In this document: positions 39,874-50,743 of the stretch, one piece after another
How the letters are laid out: every line of letters begins with the position of its first letter
Numbering within the stretch: the first letter of the stretch is position 1
Origin: Utricularia gibba
Taxonomy: Eukaryota > Plantae > Magnoliophyta
Direction: 5' to 3'
DNA: 64,000 bases
NCBI GenBank assembly: GCA_002189035.1
Contig: NEEC01000010.1
Location: 2,728,001-2,792,000 of the forward strand
Made by a program: the position numbers and the translations under genes
Notes under the pieces: generated by a model
Databases searched by the model: none
Seen by the model: only the letters and a program-made list of their open reading frames with translations
What the model was told of the DNA's origin: nothing

Positions 39874-41163
39874 TCACAAGGCCAGCCGGTTAATAGGAGA
39901 GCTCTGGTATTGTCTTCCATTGCTTTCTGTTGCGCCTGTGTAGATGAATTTGCTGCATCGGCACACACCTGTTCACATAACGATCGGCATCATCTCGCAG
40001 CATCAAGTTCCCTGAGTCTGGGTCAGGTGGGTAGCAGGTATCATCCAGTATAGAATTGAGATGAACTATGGAAAACAAGCAGGAGAAATTTCGCAGGAGA
40101 CAGGTAGCATCATGTCTATAAGAGTGCAAGAACAAGTGCTGTTTAATACTGCCATTCAATCTATGCTTCGGAAACTTGAACATCCCTCACTCTTTTACTG
40201 AGAGTGTTCACCAGTAAGAAGCAACGCACTCATTAAGCATATTATCGCAGCCAATGAAACGAGCAAACCCCAGGACAATGTCCGTACAGAGGAGTTGCTG
40301 CAAAAGAGCGAATTGAAGGCTGAGGATACTTTTCTATATGCTTTCATTGACACGTTAATTGGGCTATCGCCAAAAAACGCAACGCCTTTAGAAAAGCAAC
40401 GAAAACAGTGTAGAGATGAGTAAATGTGTTTCTTTGTGGCGTTTCCAGGATCCAAAAGCATGAAATGGAGAAGCTAATTGATCAGGATAACCACAATACA
40501 ATGTAGCGTCCGAGCCATTATGCCAAGGGGAACTAAATCACCCCCCAGAATTGGTAATGGACGCAATTTCAACAAAATAACACAGATCTGTAGAAAGAAT
40601 GCTCAGTGGAAGGAGAAGTCGTTAGTTAGATTGGCTCACGGATGTAATAAATCCACTGCCATCAACACCACAATGGCGGTTAACCTCATCATTGCATATG
40701 TACAGCACATGGAGAAACCCAACTACAACGAAAACACAACAATTGCGTAAATCTGGGATATGGCTTCAGTGTGTGTAACAATCAGATCATTGATTAGAAA
40801 ATCTCACTGAAATCCGCTAAGATAAATCGCTTATCATCACAAGCCAAAGTCTTTGAAAGCATCACAAAAGAAAACTGGCATAACAAAAATGCGTGCTCAG
40901 ACAGCCAAGGGTTAGTCTTCAATTGCAAGATCAGAAACTCTAGTCCACATACTTTGGATCATCATCGCACGCAAGGACGAAAAAACAACATGAAATAGGA
41001 AGGAAAAAAACACGACGCACAAACACACGCGAATTCATCCGAAGAAGAACCAGGAAACAAAAATCTACACAACATCATCTACGAAGAAAAAAGAAGGAAC
41101 GGAGGACAGATCCATATGTGCCTGGGCGGAAGGGAGAAAGCAGCATTCACCGGCGACTTCCAT
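39874..41163 (-). CDS. Probable uncharacterised membrane protein; exon structure unresolved
   Basis: Candidate ATG at 41163 (MEVAGECCFLPSAQ) with site-II motifs upstream at 41243-41298 and a T-rich intron. ORF 40195..40461 has a hydrophobic stretch (RTLSWGLLVSLAAIICLMSALLLTG) ending at a GT donor, followed by a VHLNSILDDTCYPPDPDS segment. No unambiguous full reading frame could be built, and both end coordinates are tentative. Confidence 0.45.
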
Positions 41164-42287
41164 GTAGGGGTTTGCAGACTTGCGACGATGAGACGGCTGC
41201 TAGGGCTTTGTTATAGAACTCGGATGGACTTCAGCAGAATTGGGCTTTTTAAAATGGACTTGGGCTCCGATACAAAACCAAATCTAACACCCCTGGCCCA
41301 ACTATTCTTGCGTATAAATCATTTAGTTCGTTGTTTTTTTCGACAAAAACAAGAATTTCATTTATGCAAATAAGATGGAATGAACTTATAATCTATTCTA
41401 ATTTCATTATTTATTTTGGGTTTTTAAATTTTTTTCTCATTTTTATTTTAAAAATATATCAATTACGTAAATAAAAAAAATATTAAATGGTTTCAACCTG
41501 ATAAAGTTTCCAGGCTAAAAAAGTTTTTTTTTAAAAAAAACCCCGAGTTAATTATGGGTATTTTTTTCAATGGGAAAATATTAATTATCATTAAATACTT
41601 TGTATATAAATAAATTCAATCGAATTCATTAATTATAATATAATAAATTTTAAAATATTAAGAAAAATGAACCTTTCGATTTTCTTTAAATAAAAATCAT
41701 TAGTTTCAATCTAATAAATTATATACCCAAATTAAATTCATGATTTTAAAATAGTAACTGGAACCTAGAATATTGTACTAACCATTCAAAAATGTAATGA
41801 CGGAAATGCACGGTTGGAGGCATTGGTTCCTCCACGTGTGCAAGTCTGCAAATCACATGGGCATTTATCATCAGGAACCTCTTTATTTCCCGTCATCCTG
41901 AACATGGGGATGACAACCAGCCACTTGCTGCTTATCAGAACACAACACAAGAGAAGAGAAGAGAAGGAAGGTCTGCTCCCACCAGAGGCCAATATGGTGA
42001 TCATCACCATCTCCATCTCCCACCCGCCAAACCAACGTGATTCACTTTTTTTTGTTCAAAATCACAACAAAATACTAAAATCCGGACCCTCCTTCGGGTG
42101 TGCAATTATAACTCGTGGAGGGAAACTAAAGGGCCGCCCTTTGGCGCGCATCCTAACACCTGGCTTCGCCATTAATTTTAATTGGATTTGGAAAGCTTCC
42201 TGACCAATGTATATATGCAGACACGCCTCTGCCTATGCTTGCGCCATATATCTAGCATAAGCCTCTGTCTGAAGCTCGATACAGCCA

Positions 42288-44281
42288 ATGGTATGTATTT
42301 ATCAGCTTTGTAATGCTGCGTGACTCAGCTTGATGTTATTCTGGACTGATGGAGTACGCAGGTTGCGGTCGCCGGCGGGAGTTTGGTGGATTACAGAGGG
42401 GTGCCGGTGGACAAGTCTCGCACCGGTGGATGGCTGGCGGCGGGGCTCATATTAGGTGGGTGAATGTAATAATGGGTGTGGTGTCCTGGTCTTAGTGTGT
42501 GTTCATGTTGGTTGCAGGGACGGAGCTGTCGGAGAGGATATGCGTAATGGGGATATCGATGAATCTGGTGACGTATTTGGTGGGAGATTTACATCTCTCC
42601 GCCGCGAGGTCGGCGAATACGGTGACGAATTTCATGGGAACTCTTAATCTTCTCGGCCTGCTCGGCGGTTTCCTCGCCGATGCTCGTCTTGGTCGTTATC
42701 TCACGGTTGCCATCTCTGCCACCGTCGCAGCTTTGGTACACTTCCTTCCATTCTTGATTACTCAGACTCTTCCAATTTTCCGTCCATGGAATTCTCATCA
42801 ATTTTGGCACGGGCAGGGAGTGACGCTATTAACAGCTGCAACCACAATTCCGAGCATGAGGCCGCCGCCCTGCGAGAGCGCAAGAACGGAACAGTGTGTT
42901 CCCGCCGACGGACGCCAACTCGCCTTACTCTACGCAGCTCTCTACACCATCGCCTTGGGCGGCGGCGGCATCAAGGCGAACGTGTCCGGATTCGGGACGG
43001 ACCAGTTCGATACCTCGGACCCCAAAGAAGGGAAGACAATGAGAGGCTTCTTCAACAGATTCTACTTCTGCATCAGCCTCGGCTCCCTCTTCGCAGTCAC
43101 CGTTCTTGTGTACATTCAGGATAATATTGGGAGAGGCTGGGGGTACGGCGTTTCGGCCGTCACGATGATCATCGCCGTCGCCGTTTTTCTCGTTGGCACC
43201 CCGGTTTACCGTTTCAGACAGCCGGAGGGAAGTCCCCTGACAGTGATTTGGAGAGTCGGGTTCCTGGCATGGAAGAAGAGAAGAGTCCCTTATCCCTGCC
43301 AAAACGACCTCTTGAATGGTTACGATGACGCCATCGCCGCTCATACACCCAAGCTCCGGTAACCTCCTTTGCCGACAAACTTTAAGTTCATAATCCTCTC
43401 CTTTCACACAAATATACATTGCAGGTGTCTCGACAAAGCGGCGATCATGGAGGAAAGTGCTGATAAAATCTATGGCTACTGCTCAACCGTTACAGAGGTG
43501 GAGGAGGTGAAGATGGTGGTGATGCTTCTTCCGATCTGGTGCACCTGCATACTCTTTTGGACAGTATACTCCCAAATGAACACCTTCACCATCGAGCAAG
43601 CCACCTTGATGAACCGGAAGATCGGCAGCTTCGAAGTTCCAGCCGGTTCGTTCTCCTTCTTTCTCTTCATCACCATCCTCGCCTTCACCTTCCTCAACGA
43701 GCGAATCCTGCTGCCCGTCTCCCGGAGAATCAACGGCGGGGTCACGTGCCTACAGTGCATTGGGGTCGGACTGGTCTTCTCGGTGGCCGGCATGCTGGTC
43801 GCCGCGTTCGTGGAGATCCGCCGCCGCCGCGCTTTTGTAAATGGCAACGTCGACATATCCGCCTTCTGGCTGGTGCCACAATTCTTCCTCGTCGGAGCAG
43901 GAGAAGCCTTCACGTACGTCGGCCAGCTGCAGTTCTTCATCACGGAGGCTCCACCGCGAGTGAAATCCATGAGCACCGGACTCTTCCTCGCAACGCTGTC
44001 CATGGGGTAACCCCATCTCATCTTCCTAAAAATAATTAAATATAATTATTACAAAGACTGACATTTTCCGGCGGTGCAGATACTTCATGAGCAGCCTGCT
44101 GGTTTCCTTGGTGGAAGCTGCGACGAGCGGCCGATGGCTGAGGAGCGATCTGAACGCGGCGAGGCTGGAGAACTTTTACGGGATGCTGGCGGCTCTTGGC
44201 GTCGTCAATTTTGTGGTCTTCCTTTTGTTCGCCGTCAGGCATCGCTACCGGGTCAATGAGCAACCCACCCAAAGCCCATGA
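42288..44281 (+). CDS. NPF6.4: NRT1/PTR family nitrate/peptide transporter, NPF6.4-like, 6 exons (first coding exon is the ATG only)
   Basis: DYRGVPVDKSRTGGWLAAGLILG|TELSERICVMGISMNLVTYLVGDLH (ExxER motif), GGGGIKANVSGFGTDQFD, FFNRFYFCISLGSL, WLVPQFFLVGAGEAF...FFITEAP, RLENFY. All junctions are in frame. Confidence 0.93.
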
Positions 44282-45285
44282 CATGAAACCAACTCCTGTT
44301 GTGTGTCTCTTGTTTTAACTCAGCTTTTAATATTATAATTCCTTGTTTGCATCTAGTATGATAGTTTAGAGATAAAAAATGTAAAATTGTAAAATTTAAG
44401 TATTTAAAATGAAAATTATCATATTATTGGTTCTTAATATTTAAAAATCAAATATGATTGATGTATATTGTTTAATCATATATCAAAATTGATCCTCGTT
44501 TTCTCCGACCACCGTCATCACTGGCCGGAAATCAATCAAAAATAATAAAATTAAATTGAAGAAAAAAATTTGGTTTTAAATTGGGGATTGATTTTGATAC
44601 TATCGTAATATGTGTGCTCAATTTTGTAATAATGAAGACTATTTTTGTTCGATTTTAAAATAGAACCAATTATAAATAGTTTTAAAATAGTAAGAATTAA
44701 AATATTATTTTGAAAGAACAATAATGACCTTTAAATAAATAGTAGAGACTATTGACCTAATTTTTATATATATATTTTCAATTTTATGTGTGTATCCTAT
44801 TTGAACTCAATATTCTGATTTTTTGTCTTGCATGCAAATCTTTTATTGTAGAATATTTTTTTAAAAAAAATCAAATCACAAATTTGTGTGTTTTTTTCTT
44901 GAATTTTGTGTTGGATTTCTGATTGAATCATATGCAAAATCTTATTTTTTAATTGGTTAATCTTATAATTATTAGCAAAAATATTATATTCTGAGAGTAA
45001 TATTGTGTTATGGGAATAAACAATATCTGCAATCCTATGCGAAGAAGATCGGATCTGGTTACCGAATAAAAGATGTGGACGGATCCGGGTTGCGGACAAT
45101 ATCCGGGTCTCACTCGGCACGTTGCCTGCCCCCCACGACTACAAATATAATGGAAGCACGCCCTGGACCCCCACCCTCCTCTTCACGCCAAAACGCATAG
45201 ACCATCGGCTTCAGGGGTGCCAAAGGGGAAAATCCCTAGCTTTTCCGAAACTGGACCTTCTTCCAATTCCGTCTCGATACGCCGC

Positions 45286-46223
45286 ATGGAAGCGCAGCCG
45301 GTTTACTTTCCTTCCCCCACGGACGAACCGCCGCCGCCGTTGACAATGCCCCAGCCACCCATCGCTCCTCGGCCGGGGGAATTGTCCGTGAAGAAAAAGT
45401 CTGTCTTGATTCGTTCAGTGTGGGCGCGAAACTTGGATTACGAGTTTTCTCTCATTCGCAGCGCCATCGATCAGTACCCTATTGTTTCCATGGACACCGA
45501 GTTTCCTGGGGTTGTGTTCCGCCTCCAACATCAGCATACCGACCCTATGATCACTACCAGACTCTGAAATCCAATGTGGACGCTCTCAAGTTGATTCAGG
45601 TTGGCATGGTGTTGTCTGACTCGCGCGGGAATCTGCCTGACTTTGGTAGCCCTGATAATTGCTTCATCTGGGAGTTCAATTTCTGTGATTTTGATGTCTC
45701 CCGCGATTACCATGCCCCCAACTCCATTCAACTTCTTCGCCAGAATGGTATTGATTTCGAGATGAACAGATCGCAGGGAGCTTCCGTTTCCCGATTCGCT
45801 GAGCGCATGGTGTCATCCGGCCTCGTATTCAATCGCAAGCTTGCGTACATAACTTTCCACAGTGGGTATGACTTTGGATATCTCATGAAGGCCATCACCG
45901 GGAAACCTCTTCCTCAAACGCTGCCAGAATTTCTTCATTCCATGGATATCATCTTTGGTGAACGCATCTATGACGTGAAGCACCTGATGAGATTCTGCCC
46001 TGGCCTCTATGGGGGATTGGATAAGGTTGCCAAATCTCTAGGAGTTGAGCGAGCTGTAGGCAGTTCTCACCAGGCTGGTTCTGATAGTCTGCTTACTTGG
46101 AATGTGTTTGAGAAGATTTGGGCTCTGGGCTTCCGCAATGTTGAGGAACATCATCTCCGGGCAAAGTATGCTGGCGTTCTTTATGGGTTAGAGGCCCCCG
46201 GTATTCTAGCTTCACTACTCTAG
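45286..46223 (+). CDS. CAF1: CCR4-associated factor 1 deadenylase (CAF1/POP2, DEDD family), intronless, with an apparent 1-nt deletion at about 45543-45545
   Basis: IRSVWARNL...SMDTEFPGVV in frame 1. YQTLKSNVDALKLIQVG, WEFNFCDFD, FHSGYDFGYL, YDVKHLM, GGLDKVA, HQAGSDSLLT and YAGVLYGL in frame 2. Confidence 0.92.
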
Positions 46224-47125
46224 ACTCTCTGAACTACTACTACAATTGGCTCCTTGGTTGTTGACAGTTATCGTGATTCATATGTAAAATCACTTATTCA
46301 AAATCAAATGCCAGGAACCAATGCATATTTCCTTGTGTCTTTTCTTCCTTCTGTTCTGAAATGTTTCAAAAAAACACCCTCTTATATCTTGCACCATCTC
46401 TAATCACCTGCAAAAAATAATGAATATAACTTAGAAGTTTACCATCTAACAGCAGCGTTGAAGATCCATCTGTGAACCTCAGTTACTGATATCTGAGAGT
46501 TCATCTTCTTCTTGATGATTGCACATACATTCAATTCTAGCATCTCAGTGAAAAAAGCTTACCATCATTCTCAGATATTTTGCTTGATGGCACCCTTGCG
46601 CAGGCTGCTGCTCATTATGCATCCAAAGGGGGTAAGGGCGAAGCTGCCTTCAGTGAGGATGATTTCAATTCATTCCTGTAAAAAGCTCATCAGAAAACCT
46701 TGAGAATGAATCCATAACAAAGCCATTGTTTTTTGCTTGAAAACCAATTGTGAACCGGTTTGGAAACAACAGAACCGGAGAAACAGCGACCGCGGGTAGA
46801 AGATTCCCGGCCCGACCTTCACACTTTTTGGGCTTGGCCCATGTTTATTATTTAGGCCCATATTTTTTAAATAGGAGTTTCTATATTTGAATTTTGACTT
46901 TTGAGATATCTGTAGTCATCTCCACAATACCAAAAACAATCCCCTGGAAGCAACTTACAGTGCACCAAGGGGGTGATTCATCTCCTGGATGAATTTCAGT
47001 ATACTACCCACGTGTAAAGGTGCGCATCCATGTGTGTTCCAGTGCGCGGAATAATAGCAGATTCCAGCCCTGTGATGCATACTATAACTAAGGCTTTTTA
47101 TGTTAATTCCGTACGGAAAATTCAA

Positions 47126-47921
47126 TCAGGCGCAGCCTCGTGGAGATTTTGAAATCGGCCCAAATGGCGTGGAGAAGAAGCCGGTGATTACTGTATCGTT
47201 GATGCAGTGATGAAACGACGTCGTCTCTCCGCCCTTGCTCTTCGCGTTCCAGCACTCTCCACAGAACTTCTCCCCTTTCTCCTCATTTTCCTTGTTGCAT
47301 TTCAGTCGCCGTGGTGAACTCAGGTGGTAACCGCCGTCAAGATTCGGATCCAAGGCGGAAGTTGGGGACTCCGCGGCGCTGTTTTTCGCCATTAGCGCCA
47401 GAGAATTCTCGATCTGAACTTTCAAGCACCGCAAACGTCGATTCAAATCATCCACAACAGGCGGTGAGATACGGCTATACAATGGAGCAGCGTGATTCCT
47501 ATTCAGAATAATCGGATGATTCAGCGACAATGACTCCGATTCGGGAGAAATCTCCCTCTCCGAAATGATATCCCCAAACTCGAGGTCGTTTACACTCCTC
47601 AAACGACGGTTTCTTGACTTACGCGGCCTTTTCAGGATCGCAAGGAAGGAGCACCCCTTCAATCTAGACACGAAAGCGAAATTTACCTTCCCCGTGACCG
47701 GAATCCTCCGTCGATTTACTGAGAACGGTGGTTGCGGCGTCTTCCGTCGCTCCAGCAGGTAAATCGAAATCTGATTCGGCGAAATACCGATCTTCTGCGC
47801 AAGCATCACCTGAAATGGCTTGTACTGCAATTCTGGTGTAATTGTCACACGACCAACATCCCTCTCTTTCGAGCCGTCAAAAAACAACAGCGGAAACTCC
47901 CTCCCCCGCCGCCTTCCCCAT
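47126..47921 (-). CDS. Conserved uncharacterised plant protein, intronless, with an apparent net +1 frameshift near 47903-47907
   Basis: FPLLFFDG...MLAQKIGISPNQISIYL...RRIPVTGKVNF...FLAILKR N-terminal block and a C-terminal CGEC...FHHCINDTVITGF motif. TATA-like CTATAAAA about 70 nt upstream of the ATG at 47921. Confidence 0.75.
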
Positions 47922-48379
47922 CTCGGCCGCTCTCCTGCAGATGGCAACAGAGCCCGAAGGAAGGAAAGCGTGACGCGCAATGAACATGCTTTTATAGGGC
48001 GCTCTCTGCGTGTATTTGGAGTATGGTAAAAGCGGGAAAATCTGATTTCTTTTCAACTTTACTGATGGTTATAAATTCTAATTACCGAGAAGCGGATTCA
48101 ATTTCGTGGAAATTCATGCTTATTTTTATTTAAACCATAATAAAAAAATTCAATAAAATGAAAATAAGATTTTGTGGGGACCACATAGATGCTTCGCCAG
48201 CAAGCCTTTTCTGTTTGTTACTTGGGTTTCAAGCAAAAGCCAAGTCCAAAAGGAGCACCCCTTTCCTTTTACAGAATTGCCCCCAAAAAATATGCTGCTT
48301 TTTCAAAGGGGTTTTTTTTTTTAAAAAAAATGATCATTTAATTAAAATTCAATATGATAATTTAATTAATAATATATTA

Positions 48380-48515
48380 ATAATTAGATAAACATGCATA
48401 TAATTAAAATTGAAAATCTATTTAATATATAAATTTTAAAAGTGTTGATTTAAATACTATATATCAATTATACTTTCAACTTTATTGAAAGTATAATGCA
48501 TGTTTATCTAATTAT
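48380..48515. repeat. Interrupted 31-bp perfect inverted repeat (foldback, possible MITE relic)
   Basis: 48380-48398 plus 48468-48479 together are the exact reverse complement of 48485-48515. Confidence 0.75.
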
Positions 48516-48991
48516 AAATAATTTGAATATATTATTATATCTTATCATCAAAAAATAATAATGAGATGAGTAAACTGTTTTCAGTTCATTGTTTCTAAGA
48601 ATTTGATAATGAAAATGTTACTAAATTGTATCTTCAAAGTTGAATATTTTTTATTTTTTATCATAAAATAAAAAATAATATATTATATTTTATAAATGTT
48701 TTTAAAACATATGAAGCAAATCAAATCACATATTTTTTATATAATATTTTACAAATTATGTGTATTAAAAACACGTGTATGTTGCATATAAATTCATTAT
48801 GTCCAGCGTGGGCCTGTGGTGTGAATGGGCCAGGTTCTATGGCCCAGCCCATTTTGCATCTGTATATTTAAAAATAAAATGGAATTTTTTTCCATTTATT
48901 TTTCAGTTAGCACATGTTTTGAGAAGAGTCTAAAACAAATCGGAAAATGCAATATAAAAATACCTAAAGTCGCACTTTCCAAACCAAGCCC

Positions 48992-50743
48992 TCAGCACAC
49001 ATCAACGGAAGGCTTCACAGTTCCCCGGTGAAGAACCCGGAGAAATGAGAACCCCCTCACCGTGATCTCAAGCTCCGATTCGGGTTTCCCGAATCGCGCC
49101 TTCGTCGATAGCTCGTCGACGACATCCGAGATTTTGTTAATACAATCTCCGATCCCGATAAGCACATTCGCAACGAGGAGGAGTTGCATCACGTCTTTTA
49201 GATCAGCGTTTTCCGGTAAGGATGAGGACTCACCCAAAGCGGTTTTCAGCCTCTCCGCCGCCTCCTTGCAGCCGCCCGTTCCGGCCGGAGACCGGATTGC
49301 CATGGTCTTGATGGCCGTGGATAGTTCCCTTAGAGCAGCGCCCGCTTCCATGCACATTTGGAAACACGGTTCTTGGATCTTCATGGGGATATTCGACCCT
49401 CCCTGGATTTCAAACAATTTGGTTATCATTGGAATTATCGAAAGAGGTCTAGGGTTTATGGGTTTCCATTTTGAGAAATGATTACCAGTTTGGTTTGAGA
49501 AATTGAATCAGCGGAGGCGCTCAGTGTCTGAATCAAGCAGGCGCAGTCTCTAGATAGGGCTCCAAGTTTAAGGTACATGTCCCATGGATGTCTGAACAGG
49601 AACCGCCCATGGCAAGGCTCCCACCATGCAAAATTCGCCTGAAAATGAAAATATTTGTAAGAATTTCATCGTATATGATAAAAAATTGAACAGTAAAAAT
49701 CCATGTTTGTGATCCGTACCAGAGATTCCTCAGTGGGCTTTGAATTGAGCACGCCTTCGTGGATGTGGAGAAAAGGGTTCTCATCTTTCTCGGTGCAAAA
49801 CTTCCCACTTTCTTCATCTCCTGGAATGGCTAAAAATTCCTCCCCATAACCTGAAATTTCGAAGTTCACCACTGAATGGCTTTTTATAAAAAGAGAATTG
49901 CTTAGTGGGATCTTTTGATCTCAGGTTGATTATATTGCAGTGTTTTGGTTCCGAAATTATGTTACGGTGAGAGTTTGGTGGATGCTACCTTCCAGGAAGG
50001 AAGCGAGCTTTTCGATGTTGCCGGCGATGAGATTATGTAAATCTTGGCCGGCCCAGACGGGGCACACGAAGACGGAAACGACTATGCAGGCGGCGCCGCC
50101 AATGATGATGGTGGAGAGTCGCTGGTGAGCCAGCTGTAGTATTTGGTCGATCCGGCAACCGGAAACCGCCACAAGTGCGAACGTGAGGATGAAGATCATC
50201 ACGCCGTAGTCGTATCTCCTCTTCACGTTGGGGATAAATCGCATGAATGTGCACACGGTGGCTAGGAAGAAGACGAGGAAGCCCAACACTATGGGCTCGC
50301 CGTCTTTCCCGGTGAGCTCAGCCAAGTACTCCGCCCCCACGCCAAGAGCTCCGGCCACCAGCGTCGCAATACCCCGGTTGATGCTTTTCGAAAGAGTGCC
50401 ACCTGAATTCAAATAAACAGACATATATACTTGATTAGGACGTCGGCTAGTAGCCCCAAGTGGCTGGCTTTTTCGAATCAACGTTGGACAGGAACCCTAA
50501 CACATGCACACGACGGGAACATGGCTGACCTGCCGTGAACTCGAAGACGACGACGACGGTGAGGATGGCCCACATTCCGGCCTGGCCGAACCCCTCGTAC
50601 AGTGGCCGGAAATAGTACAGCAACGAGACTAATGTGATCGACACCCCGACCTTCAGCGAATGCGTGATTCGCCTGGGATCATCCTTCCCCGTCTTCCTAA
50701 TCATCTCCATCTTCTCCCTTATCGCCATCCCTAACCTCCCCAT
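48992..50743 (-). CDS. ALMT: Aluminium-activated malate transporter (ALMT2/ALMT8-like clade), 5 exons
   Basis: [39 protein letters not shown]|[48 protein letters not shown]|[19 protein letters not shown]. All junctions are in frame. Confidence 0.92.
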
